From NCBI GenBank assembly GCA_963662465.1, contig OY759599.1:1728001-1792000 (forward strand): a stretch of 64,000 nucleotides of DNA, written 5' to 3'. The notes under the pieces are model-generated. The model ran no database searches, was not told the origin of the DNA, and saw only the letters and a program-made list of their open reading frames with translations. Origin of the DNA: Desulfatiglandales bacterium. Lineage in GTDB: Bacteria; Desulfobacterota; DSM-4660; Desulfatiglandales; Desulfatiglandaceae. Positions 1-9,724 of this stretch are shown one piece after another (the stretch's first letter is position 1; every line of letters begins with the position of its first letter). The position numbers and the translations under genes were made by a program.

Positions 1-394
1 GGAAGAGGAGGGACGACTGATCGACACTATCTCCGGCGATAACGTAGATGGTACAACCAATATCCTCCCCAGGATGGGGATCGATGCCTTGCGTGAAGGA
101 TACGTAAGCTTGATGCGGCACATTTACTCGCCCGAGCACTATTATGCACGCGCGATGACCTTCCTTCGGGAATACAAGAGACCAGAGGTCAGAACCCCCC
201 TGGATTTTCAACGGTTGCTGGCAGTCTTACGTTCAAGCATCAGACTGGGTATTTTCGGGAAGGAGCGATTCCAGTATTGGAAGATCCTGTCCTGGACCCT
301 TTTCCGTCGTCCTCAATTTTTGGCGTTGGCTGTCACTCTTGCAATTTATGGCCATCATTTCCGCAAGATCTGCGAACAGAAAATGACTCAGTGA
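1..394 (+). CDS. B12-binding radical SAM protein with DUF4070-like C-terminus, 3' part only (runs off window start)
   Basis: Frame open from position 2 (EEEGRLIDTISGDNVDGTTNILPRMG...YGHHFRKI). Closely similar to the C-terminus of 47938-49419. Confidence 0.85.
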   Translation, partial: EEEGRLIDTISGDNVDGTTNILPRMGIDALREGYVSLMRHIYSPEHYYARAMTFLREYKRPEVRTPLDFQRLLAVLRSSIRLGIFGKERFQYWKILSWTLFRRPQFLALAVTLAIYGHHFRKICEQKMTQ

Positions 395-399
395 GTCGG

Positions 400-521
400 G
401 AAATTCCGAAAGAGGGCATGGCCTCAAGGACTAAGACCGATACATCCTGCTGGGCCATGCGCAACGCAGCGCTGAGGCCGCCGGCGCCGCTGCCGACCAC
501 TATGGCGTCAAAATCCGCCAT
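400..521 (-). pseudogene. N-terminal remnant of an FAD-dependent oxidoreductase (phytoene desaturase-like)
   Basis: MADFDAIVVGSGAGGLSAALRMAQQDVSVLVLEA is a GxGxxG dinucleotide-binding start with an RBS. The motif-like part ends after ~40 codons. Confidence 0.7.
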
Positions 522-540
522 CACGTCCTTCACTCCCCCT

Positions 541-690
541 TGTTTTGACGAAGCTCTTTGATCTGCCCTCGTAGTTGATTTTCGTCTTTGCATCCGCCTT
601 CGAGGTTTCTCGGTCTAATCCCTCAATATCCTTATCCCATTCGTCAAGTTGCGCTTTGAGCTTTTCCAAATAGGCCTCTCTGGTAGTCAT
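541..690 (-). pseudogene. Truncated copy of the coiled-coil (Sll1863-like) gene at 9224-9538
   Basis: Near-identical DNA to ~9390-9540 (MTTREAYLEKLKAQLDEWDKDIEGL...), then frameshifted and truncated. Confidence 0.85.
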
Positions 691-740
691 GATCAATTCT
701 CCCGCTATTTGTTCTTGTATTAGACCTTTAAATAGTTACC

Positions 741-999
741 GCAAATGTCCTGCCAACAAGTGGAAGAAAGTGGAAGGCTGGATTCACCCATTAATAACGA
801 AGGATTAGATTAACAGGCTGGAGCAGCGGGAAAATTTGAAATGATCGCTTTCCCTCAATATATGGAGATTCCACCAAATATTGAGGGATATACAATGCTT
901 TCAACCTTCTTTATGGTTCTCTCCTGTTTATATAACCAACCGTTATTAAAAAATGATGAAAACCTCTTGTTTTTCCCCGGTTGTTGGCAGGCCCTTTGC
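741..999. promoter_or_regulatory. Bidirectional sigma54 promoter cassette (copy 1): two -24/-12 boxes sharing one tandem-palindrome UAS
   Basis: TGGCAGGACATTTGC on minus (755-741). Palindrome pair at 852-887. TGGCAGGCCCTTTGC on plus (985-999). Both boxes fit GG-N10-GC. Confidence 0.85.
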
Positions 1000-1252
1000 G
1001 TAAACAGTTTGCATGATCCTGGTCACCATACAAACGAGGAATACCATAAAATCGAACAAGAAGGACCCATCAATCATGGAGGTTCGTTATGAAAGACGAA
1101 AGATCTGAACGATATGGCAAAACTATGTGAAACCCGCCTGTTGGCATGCCTGCGTGTCACAGCCCAGTCATTGGTTGGCGGGTTCAGTTTCCATTGACTT
1201 TTAAAGACGTTAAGTATAAAAAACAGTCAGAAATACGCCTGAAAAAAGTTTT

Positions 1253-1378
1253 GGCCTTGATTATCCTTTCTGCCACCAAATGTAGGGGCGAACCTGGGTG
1301 TTCGCCCTTTACCTGGGCAGAAACACATGTCTGCCCCTACAAGCAATATCGACGTTGGCCGAAACGATGATCAAGGCC
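1253..1378. mobile_element. MITE-like element with 23-bp inverted ends enclosing a GTAG-type REP doublet
   Basis: IRs GGCCTTGATTATCCTTTCTGCCA / TGGCCGAAACGATGATCAAGGCC (20/23 match). Internal GTAGGGGCGAAC...GTTCGCCC and GGGCAGA...TCTGCCCCTAC at 1282-1340. The right IR is identical to 9114-9136. Confidence 0.6.
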
Positions 1379-1451
1379 GATAAGACAATCAAGAAGCATC
1401 TTCCGAAGGGAATTCGATATTCATCATTCATCATTCCAACAGGGGGCAAGA

Positions 1452-2582
1452 ATGGTTGATCAGCTTGAACTGAAAAGCATAGAGTTGAAAGGGTTTAAGT
1501 CCATCGATGCAGAAGTACAAACGATAGAATTGCACCCAATAACAGTTATGCTGGGCGCCAATGGCGCTGGTAAAAGCAACCTGGTGTCTTTTTTCAAGAT
1601 GTTGAACTACATGACTACCGGCGGTCTGCAGCAATATGTGGCGGACCAGGGGTTTGCAGATTCTCTGCTGTATCTGGGGGCCAAGGTAACGTCGGAGGTG
1701 TCGGTGCGACTTCGGTTTGAGAACGCAGGAGCTAAGGATGAGTATGCTTTTGTGATGAACCGCGATGCGACGGGGCGGCTGTTCCTGAAAGAAGAGACGA
1801 TCGTTTATCATGCGATGGGAAGAGATACGTCTCAAATTCGCAAGCTCGGAGGAGGTGTGCGGGAATCTCAGTTGAAGGAGTGTTCAGAAAAGGGGGACCG
1901 GACCTGTCAGGCTGTCTATTCCCTGCTCTCACAGTGCCGGGTATTTCAGTTTCATGATACCTCGACGACCGCTAAAATCCGCGGTGAAGGCTATGTTGAC
2001 GATGCAAGGTTTCTGAGAAGCGATGGTGGAAATCTGGCTGCATTCCTGCGCCGACTACACCTCCGAGACCCCGGAAAACGATATTACGATCGCATCGTGC
2101 GTCATATCCGGTTGATAGTGCCCCAGTTCTCGGACTTCGACCTGGCGCCTTTACCGGAGAATGACAAGTATGTTCGGCTTAATTGGAGGGAAAAGGGGTC
2201 GGATTACCTTTTCGGGCCGCACCAGTTGTCCGACGGTTCCTTGCGCTTCATGGCGCTGGCGACCCTCTTTATGCAGCCGCCGGACCTTCGGCCAAGGGTC
2301 ATCGTTGTGGACGAGCCGGAACTGGGGCTCCATCCGGCAGCTATATCGGCGTTGGCGGGCATGGCCAAGGCGGCTTCGCCGGCAACGCAGGTGATCCTGG
2401 CAACCCAGTCCTCTCGATTGATCGATGAGTTCATGGCGGATCAAGTGATGATTGTCGAACGTGATGAGAAGCGATCTCGGACGTTATTTCGACGGTTGAG
2501 CGAGGAGGGGTTGAGCGAATGGCTTGAAAGATACTGTCTGAGCGATCTGTGGGAAAAGAACGTGCTGGGGGGGCGCCCGTAA
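1452..2582 (+). CDS. ABC/SMC-like AAA ATPase (AAA_21-type)
   Basis: Walker A GANGAGKSN, signature LSDGSLRF, Walker B VVDEPELGLHP, ATQS switch region. Confidence 0.9.
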   Translation: MVDQLELKSIELKGFKSIDAEVQTIELHPITVMLGANGAGKSNLVSFFKMLNYMTTGGLQQYVADQGFADSLLYLGAKVTSEVSVRLRFENAGAKDEYAFVMNRDATGRLFLKEETIVYHAMGRDTSQIRKLGGGVRESQLKECSEKGDRTCQAVYSLLSQCRVFQFHDTSTTAKIRGEGYVDDARFLRSDGGNLAAFLRRLHLRDPGKRYYDRIVRHIRLIVPQFSDFDLAPLPENDKYVRLNWREKGSDYLFGPHQLSDGSLRFMALATLFMQPPDLRPRVIVVDEPELGLHPAAISALAGMAKAASPATQVILATQSSRLIDEFMADQVMIVERDEKRSRTLFRRLSEEGLSEWLERYCLSDLWEKNVLGGRP

Positions 2583-3295
2583 TGCCGATACGACTTCACA
2601 TTACCGCGGAAGGACAGACCGAGGAACGTTTTGTGAAAGAAGTCCTGGCGCCGTATTTAGGCGAACGGGAAGTTTGGACCGATGCCCGAAGCATCCTGAC
2701 GAGCAAAGACAACCGGCTGGGCGTTGAATATCGGGGCGGATGGCGGCGGACCAGTGCCTACGCCACGGTGAAAAGGGATATCTGCACCTGGATGAAGGAA
2801 GACCGGAACCCGGACGTCCGGTTTACGACCATGTTCGATTTCTATGCGCTGCCGAGAGATTTTCCCGGATACACCAAGGCACAGAGAGAAACGGACCCTT
2901 ACCGCCGTGTTGCAACCCTGGAAAAAAACCTTGCCGTGGATATAAACGGTGAGTTGAACGACACGCGCTTCATTCCCTACATTCAACTTCATGAATTCGA
3001 GGCACTGATACTGGCGGACCCGAAACAACTCGGCTGGGAGTTTCTCGAACATGATGACCCCATCCAGCGGCTGATCAATATGGTCGAAATTGAAGGCGGA
3101 AATCCCGAATTAATCGATGATGGTGTGACAACCGCTCCCTCCAAACGCATTATCGCTGAGATAGCCGAATACGCGGGAAATAAAGCGACATCCGGTCCCC
3201 TGGTGGCCGGCAAGATCGGCATGCCGTTGTTATGCGAACGCTGCCGGCATTTCGGCCAATGGATTGCCGGGCTTGTGAGGCTTGGGAATTTATAA
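2582..3295 (+). CDS. DUF4276-family (TOPRIM-like) protein, translationally coupled to the ATPase
   Basis: ATG overlaps the ATPase stop (TAATG). Motifs AEGQTEERFV, TTMFDFYALP, PYIQLHEFEALIL, APSKRI, C-x-HF-x-W. Confidence 0.85.
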   Translation: MPIRLHITAEGQTEERFVKEVLAPYLGEREVWTDARSILTSKDNRLGVEYRGGWRRTSAYATVKRDICTWMKEDRNPDVRFTTMFDFYALPRDFPGYTKAQRETDPYRRVATLEKNLAVDINGELNDTRFIPYIQLHEFEALILADPKQLGWEFLEHDDPIQRLINMVEIEGGNPELIDDGVTTAPSKRIIAEIAEYAGNKATSGPLVAGKIGMPLLCERCRHFGQWIAGLVRLGNL

Positions 3296-3371
3296 CTTAC
3301 AACCTTATGTCTTTCTGCGAGATGCTCACCCCTCAGACGGAACATTTTTTCACGTTAATCTGCGTTAAGCC

Positions 3372-3619
3372 AAAGATCGGAACCACGGCCAGTGATGTGG
3401 GGGAATGGATCGATGACTCGTCCATTACCGCCTTGGTCAAAGCGACGTTGCTGTATCATCGTTCGACCAGTAGCCTCAACACCAAGGTCGAGACGACCGA
3501 AGGCGTTGTCAAGTTGAGCAGCTGGCGATGAAGCATGGGAATCCGTCAAAGCAGGTGCGGAAAAAGCCTGGGCTGAAGTCAAGACCGCCTATCACGATGC
3601 GGCCTCGAAGTTCAAATAA
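3372..3619 (+). pseudogene. Chimeric remnant: BON-domain fragment fused to the 3' end of a Sll1863-like gene
   Basis: ~3372-3517 matches ~30220-30366 (VGEWIDDSSITALVK...GVVKL). ~3523-3619 matches ~5369-5465. Confidence 0.85.
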
Positions 3620-3777
3620 GACAGAAATTCTGAATGTATGGGCTTGGCGGTATGCTGTTTTCCGTTGAAACTCCCTGTAATACCGACCCACGCAAAATGA
3701 GAGTCGACTATCAGATGTGAACGCATTTCTGGTAGAAAGAAGTTAGATTCCGATCCGACACTCCCAAAAGCTTCCCT

Positions 3778-4587
3778 TCAATACAGATTGCCGGTTGTGA
3801 GGGTCAATCCCCCCTTTTTTCCATTGCCTACGGTGTAGCGGGTGCTGCCGGATATGCGTGTCTCTATCTCCAGCTCTGAGAGTTCAAGTGTCGTCGGACG
3901 ACAGCTTTCGTGGGTCCGGATCAACTGCGGTGGGAGGGAATATCTTTGACGGCCTTCTCGGTTTGAAAGTAGATAATGAACCGTTTGATCTGACTCATTA
4001 ACCAACTGGAAGCGAATCCCCATGGATTTGGGGCGCCCGAACATCTGCACGGCAAAATACACCCCGGACGCCGGGTCTTGAGCAACACCCACACCTATTT
4101 CCACGACATCGGGATCCACCATATTCTTGCGGTGTTCCGGGGACTTTTCCCATCCTATGACGAAAATCTTTCCCAGTTTTTCCGTACTGAATCCCTCGGA
4201 ACGAAACTGGTAGGCAATGTTCTCGGAGACGATACAAAATTGATATCCCTGGGCCTGCGCCCGCTCAGACGGTAAACGGCCATCGGCCGTGTGGCCGAAC
4301 TTCTTTGTGCGGGCCATGAAATCGGCGAACCGCTGTGATGTTTTGTTCAGCGCTTTGTTTGGCCCAACCGGTTCAAGGCCTTCCCCCTTCCGGAAACGAT
4401 TGGTTTGTTTGACAATTAATGCCTTAACAGCGGAAATTTCCGCCTCTTTCTTCTTAAAACCCTCTTTCTTAAAAACCCCGGCGAGTTGTGGCATGGGCGG
4501 CTCGTCGCGTTCCGGCTGCTCGGTCATCCCGCCGGAAGCCGTTATAAAAGACAACAGGAAAATCAACGATAACAGGATGTTTTGCAA
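3778..4587 (-). CDS. Secreted CAP/SCP-domain protein
   Basis: Signal-peptide-like N-terminus. Motifs TNRFR, FGH, ENIA, WEKSPEHRKNM, EIGVGVA, YFAVQMFG. Confidence 0.85.
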   Translation of the reverse strand: MQNILLSLIFLLSFITASGGMTEQPERDEPPMPQLAGVFKKEGFKKKEAEISAVKALIVKQTNRFRKGEGLEPVGPNKALNKTSQRFADFMARTKKFGHTADGRLPSERAQAQGYQFCIVSENIAYQFRSEGFSTEKLGKIFVIGWEKSPEHRKNMVDPDVVEIGVGVAQDPASGVYFAVQMFGRPKSMGIRFQLVNESDQTVHYLLSNREGRQRYSLPPQLIRTHESCRPTTLELSELEIETRISGSTRYTVGNGKKGGLTLTTGNLY

Positions 4588-4772
4588 GTATTAACTCCTT
4601 TTCGCGAGTTTCATCCCCCCCAATAGGGATATGAATATGGACCCGATTTTATGAGTCAATTTAATCATATTGAGGATATATAAAATCGTCGTACATGTCA
4701 AAAACAAGAGGTGTGGCTTACAATATTGCGAAATGTGACCGAGGATGCCGAACCTGATTGATGTTTTGCCTC

Positions 4773-4913
4773 CTGGAAACCCGATGGCGCATCAAGGGAA
4801 AGGACGGGGGAAAGGACGGGGCCGCAGAGATCCCGGGTCTCAACGCAAGTACCTTGAGAGCCAGGATGCATAAGCTCGGGATCGTCCTTAATCAGACCAA
4901 AAAGCCGGATTAA
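4773..4913 (+). pseudogene. Orphan 3' tail (Fis-type HTH) of a sigma54 bEBP gene
   Basis: Translates [36 protein letters not shown], homologous to the 26083-27825 C-terminus. Contains a 12-bp tandem duplication GGAAAGGACGGG. Confidence 0.85.
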
Positions 4914-4936
4914 GATTCGACTCTTCCAGAAGTCCC

Positions 4937-5084
4937 CCCTCAATATATGGAAGTTCCACCAAATATTGAGGGCTAACCAATGATTTAAACCTTCTTAATG
5001 GTTCTCTCCTGTTCATATAACCAACCGTTATTAAAGGATAATGAAAACCTCTTGCTTTTTTCCAATTGTTGGCAAGCCCTTTGC
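4937..5084 (+). promoter_or_regulatory. Sigma54 promoter cassette (copy 2)
   Basis: Palindrome pair 4937-4972. TAACCAACCGTTA IHF-like box. TGGCAAGCCCTTTGC at 5070-5084. ATG at 5098. Confidence 0.85.
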
Positions 5085-5174
5085 ATAAACAGTTTGCATG
5101 ATCCTGGTCGCCATAACATAAGGTGGAATACCATAAAATCGAACAAGAAGGACCCATCAATCATGGAGGTCGTT

Positions 5175-5465
5175 ATGAAAGACGAAAGAAAAGCGTACGA
5201 AGAAAAGTTGGATGCACAGTTGAAGGAATGGAATGCGCGGATCGCTCTGCTCAAGGCCAAGGATGAGAATGCCAAGGCCGATGCGAAGATGGATTACCAC
5301 AAAATCATCGAGGCATTGGAGCACAAACAGGGTGAAGCCAAGGCCAAGTTGACGGAGTTAAAAACCGCCGGCGATGAGGCATGGGAATCCGTCAAAGCAG
5401 GTGCGGAAAAAGCCTGGACTGAAGTCAAGACCGCCTATCACGATGCGGCCTCGAAGTTCAAATAA
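5175..5465 (+). CDS. Small coiled-coil stress protein (Sll1863-like)
   Basis: RBS GGAGG. MKDERKAYEEKLDAQLKEWNARI...AWESVKAGAEKAW. Start placed at ATG 5175 rather than 4998. Confidence 0.8.
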   Translation: MKDERKAYEEKLDAQLKEWNARIALLKAKDENAKADAKMDYHKIIEALEHKQGEAKAKLTELKTAGDEAWESVKAGAEKAWTEVKTAYHDAASKFK

Positions 5466-5502
5466 GGCAGGGATTCTGAATAGAAAGGGGGTAAATGAAC
5501 CC

Positions 5503-8500
5503 ATGGATACTCCTGAAAGCGAGCCGCTTCGCAAACATTGGCTGATGAGAGTTTTGCTGGGCAAAGCCTTCATCGTCGCTGTTGCCCTTATGATCACCTA
5601 CACCCTGGCGGGCTTTTTTCTTGCCCCTTATCTGATCAAGCGCCAGGCGATCCGGTTTGCCCAGGAATCCCTCAAGTGCCTCGTGGTCATGGAAAAGGTC
5701 CGGGTGAACCCATACACTCTCACCCTGGAAATCAGGAACTTCGACCTCAAAGAAAGAGACGGATCCCCGCTACTCGCATTCAAGTCGTTTTTCATCAACT
5801 TCGAGATCGCCAGTCTCTGGCACTGGGCCTGGACCTTTGCGGATGTTCGCATGGATGGCCCGGTCGTGAACCTGCAAATAAAACCTGAGGGCCGCATCAA
5901 CTTTGTTGATCTTGCAGACCGGATCCCAAGAAAAGAAAATGAAGGGAAAACTTCCCTGCAAGAAAAACCCGAAGAAAAGGCGCCCCCGCCGCGCGTCATC
6001 TTTGAACACATTGCCTTGAACCAGGGGCAACTCTTTTTCACGGACCGATCCGGCCCCACTCCCGGCAGTATTGTGCTTGAGACGATTGGCCTGGAACTCA
6101 AAAACCTTACCACGCTGCTGGACAAGAAGGGCGTCTATTCCATTGAAGCAACCCTTCCCTACGGCGGAAAGCTCGCAGGGGCCGGGGATGTTTCCCTCCA
6201 TCCTCTCTGGTCCGAAGGCAGGGTAAAAGTGGAGGGATTCAAGACCGTTTCGGCATGGGCGTTTTTGCAGGATGAAATCCTGGTGAACAAACCGGGGGGT
6301 GAAGTAGACCTCGAAGCCCGCTACCGATTTGAAAATGCGGCAAAATCCCCTTCTTTTGTCATTGAGGGATTGAAAGTGCTTGTCTCGGCCCTGGAACTCA
6401 AGGCCCGGGGGGACCGGGAGCCGATTCTCGCAGTTGACGCCATTCGTCTCGATGACGGCCGGTTTGATCTGGCCTCTCGATCGCTCCAGGTGGGGGCGTT
6501 GGCGCTTTGCCGGGGTCGCGCGACAGCGGACATCAACGAACAGGGGCGGTTGAACTGGCAGGCGCTTTTAAAGGCCGGCGGAGAAGTCCGGTCTTCCGCC
6601 CAAAAGGTGGCGCCCTTGGAAGGACCGCCATGGCGCGTGGCGCTCAAGACCCTCAGCCTTGATGATTTCACGGTGGCCTATAGTGATCACAGCAGGTTTT
6701 ATCCTCTTGAAATAGGCGTTTCCAGACTCGGTGTGAAGGGCAAGGCCGATCTTTCTTTTATGCCTGAGAAAGTGGGGGTCCTGGCAGAGAATTTTAATGT
6801 CCTCTTCGAGGGCGTATCCTTGAAAGAGACGGGGCAGGATGCGCCCCTGGTCACCCTGGAAAGTCTTGCCGTGAAAGAAGGCCGCATGGACCTTGAAACC
6901 CGACAGGTGACCCTGGAGAGGATCATGATGGAAGGCGGGCATGCCGCCATGGTGCTGGAAAAGACCGGCAACCTGAACCTGTTGCGCGTGCTCGGAAGGA
7001 GAAATGTCGGCAAACTTCGAGAAAAAATTGCAGGCGCCGTGGAAAAGGCGCAAGCTGAAGGACGGCCCTGGTCTGTTGCCGTCGGCGCACTGGCTGCGGC
7101 CGGGTTGAACGTCGCTTTCAGGGATCAGACGCTTTCGCCCGCGCCCGCCGTGAACCTTCAAGACATCTCGCTGAAGCTTGCCGATTTCCACAGTGAAGGC
7201 AAGACCTCTGCTCCCTTTGAGGTGTCTCTAACGGTACAGGAAGGGGGCGCCGTGAATGCCAAGGGACGCTTCACTCTCACTCAAAAAAGCGCTGAAGCGA
7301 CTGTGCATGTGTCGAACCTGGCCCTGACGCCTTTTCAGCCCTACGTGGCACAATACGCCTACCTGAGTGTGGATGCGGGGAATTTCAACGCTGCGGGAAA
7401 GGTGCGCTATGGTGAGGGGGAAAAAGGCCCGAACCTGCAATTCTCCGGCGATGCGCACATCCTTGATCTGCTCGTTTCCGAGTTGGGCGCCAAGTTGCAA
7501 ACCAAGCCGGATACCACTCAAAAATTTCTTGCCTGGCATGCCTTGAAGGCGAACAATATCAAGCTGGGCCTTTGGCCTGAACGTCTTGACATCGGAGAAC
7601 TCCGCCTCATAGAGCCGTACGGAAAGCTGATCATATATGAAGACATGAGCCTGAACCTGACCAAGGTGCTGCGGCATAAAGAGGAAACGGTTGAGGAAAA
7701 AAAACCGGTGTCCCAAGGGGAAACTCCCGGCGGGTTTCCGGTGGATGTTCGGAGAATCCGCATCGAGAAAGGCGTCCTCGATTTCGCGGACCTGAGTCTC
7801 CGCATACCATTTGCCGCAAAGATCTATGAATTGAAGGGAGCCATCGTCGGGCTCTCCACGAAAGAAGGCGCGCGGGCGCGGATTCAGCTCGAGGGCAAGG
7901 TGGATGAATATGGCATGTCCAAAATCCAGGGGCAGATTGAGTCGCTCAATGTCAAGCATTTCGCCGACATCACCATGATTTTCAAGAACGTGGAGATGAC
8001 CAACCTCACCCCTTACACGGGGAAATTCGCCGGGTACAGGATCAGCTCCGGAAAGCTCTCCCTTGATCTTCATTACCTGATCGAGCAGAGTGAACTCAAA
8101 GGGAGCAACCAGATCATCCTGGACAACCTCACGCTGGGCGAGAAGGTGGAAAGCGCCCGCTTCGCCTGACATCCCCCTTGAGCTCGCCCTTGCGCTCCTG
8201 AAGGATGCTGATGGTCGGATTGACATCGGGCTCCCGGTTTCCGGCAACCTGGATGATCCTCAGTTCAGCTACGCGCATCTCATGTGGAAAACCCTTATCA
8301 GCTTTTTCACCAAAATCGTCACTTCCCCTTTCAGAGCACTGGCCGGCATGCTCGGGGTGGAACAAGAGAATTTCGAGACCATTGGGTTTGAGCCGGGTCG
8401 GGCCGTGTTGCTTCCTCCTGAGCGAGAAAAAGTGAAGACCCTTTCAGAAGCGCTTGCCAAGCGCCCGCAACTTGCGCTGAAAATCCAGGGCCGGTTTGAT

Positions 8501-8986
8501 CCGGTTGCAGACGGTGAGGCCCTGAAGTCCATGCTGATCCGGCTCGAAATTGCCGGACGGACGGGTAGAAAGGTGGGTCCCGGCGAAGATCCGGGGCCGG
8601 TGAATGTGAGCAATCCGCTGGTCCAGCAGGCCATCGAGATAATGGTCATGGACCGAATTTCCGCCGATATGCCGGCTGCGGCCAAGGAGAGTGCGGCAAA
8701 ACGGGCGGCGGTGATGGACAAGGAAGCCGGAAAAGCTGCCGCGCTCCCGCCGGACCTGCCCCGTGAGCGTTACACCGCCCTGCTGCAAAAACTTATGGAA
8801 GCGCACCCGGTGACAGAAATCCGCTTGAATGAATTGGCCCGTGAACGGGCGGAAGCGATCAAGCGGGAATTTGTGGCAGCGGGGACGATCGATGAGGGGA
8901 GGCTGACGGTCCTTGAACCCTCAGCTACCCAAGAAAACAACGAGAAAACCGTATCTTCCGAGCTCACCCTGGATGTTCGTCGTTGA
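5503..8986 (+). pseudogene. DUF748-domain (AsmA-like) protein, frameshifted near 8150-8165
   Basis: Repeated DUF748-like units. The conserved 'LTLGEKVES...PLELALALLKDADGRIDIGLPVSGNLDDPQFS' is split between ORFs ending 8169 and 8986. Could be a sequencing error. Confidence 0.75.
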
Positions 8987-8991
8987 GTCCA

Positions 8992-9136
8992 TGATCATCG
9001 TTTCGGCCATTTGCCACCAGGGGTTGAAACCCCTGGCTATTATCAACCGTCCCTACAGGACGGTAAAAGCCCCATCGGGGCGACAGACAATAGCCCGGCA
9101 ATTTATTGCCGGGTGGCCGAAACGATGATCAAGGCC
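8992..9136. mobile_element. MITE-like element with 18-bp perfect inverted ends, internal REP-like hairpins and a long flanking direct repeat
   Basis: TGATCATCGTTTCGGCCA (8992-9009) / TGGCCGAAACGATGATCA (9114-9131). Direct repeat CGTCGTTGAGTCCATG at 8978-8993 and 9136-9151. Hairpins CCAGGGG-TTGAAA-CCCCTGG and CCCGGCAAT-TT-ATTGCCGGG. Confidence 0.7.
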
Positions 9137-9151
9137 GTCGTTGAGTCCATG

Positions 9152-9210
9152 TGAGAGCAAGGATCCATAAGCTCGGGATACTCCGGCCGGGGACCAAGGT
9201 GTCGGATTAA
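9152..9210 (+). pseudogene. Orphan bEBP 3' tail without downstream UAS
   Basis: Translates [18 protein letters not shown], almost identical to 27767-27825. Confidence 0.85.
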
Positions 9211-9223
9211 ACTGCCTTTTTTG

Positions 9224-9538
9224 TTATTCTTCCAAGCCTTCCCGATAGCCTCGTTTAAACTCGGATTTAGCCATTTTAAAGCTGTTTTTATACATATCCC
9301 AGATGCTTTCCGCGCCTTGCTTAAGATCCTCCCAGGTATTTTCATTTGCATCACGGATCTTTGTAAGCGTTTGTTGTGCCTCTTCCACGTTTTGACGAAG
9401 CGCTTTGATCTGCTCCTCGTACTTGATTTTCGTCTTTGCATCCGCCTTCGAGGTTTCTCGGTCTAATCCCTCAATATCCTTATCCCATTCGTCAAGCTGC
9501 GCTTTGAGCCTTTCCAAATAGGCCTCTCTGGTAGTCAT
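9224..9538 (-). CDS. Small coiled-coil stress protein (Sll1863-like)
   Basis: RBS GGGAGG. MTTREAYLERLKAQLDEWDKDI...TWEDLKQGAESIW. Paralog of 5175-5465. Confidence 0.8.
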   Translation of the reverse strand: MTTREAYLERLKAQLDEWDKDIEGLDRETSKADAKTKIKYEEQIKALRQNVEEAQQTLTKIRDANENTWEDLKQGAESIWDMYKNSFKMAKSEFKRGYREGLEE

Positions 9539-9724
9539 GATCAATCCTCCCGCTATTTGTTATTGTATTAGTCTGTGCTTGACTTTGCTTTTGGGCTTGC
9601 GGCGATCTCGCCCATTTTTTGCCTCTCGCCTATCGTGACCGGGATCATGGAGTGGTTAGATAGTCCGTCACGATGAGAAAATCCTGAAGATCGTTTCCAC
9701 CATTATCCGAATCATCCAGGTCAT

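Noticed and set aside
841..1092. Short ORFs overlapping cassette copies (841-1092, 4698-4943, 20642-20857, 28499-28696, 29141-29407, 34842-35075)
   Set aside because: They are read-throughs of the non-coding module or of antisense bEBP tails. Their mutual similarity reflects the DNA repeat.
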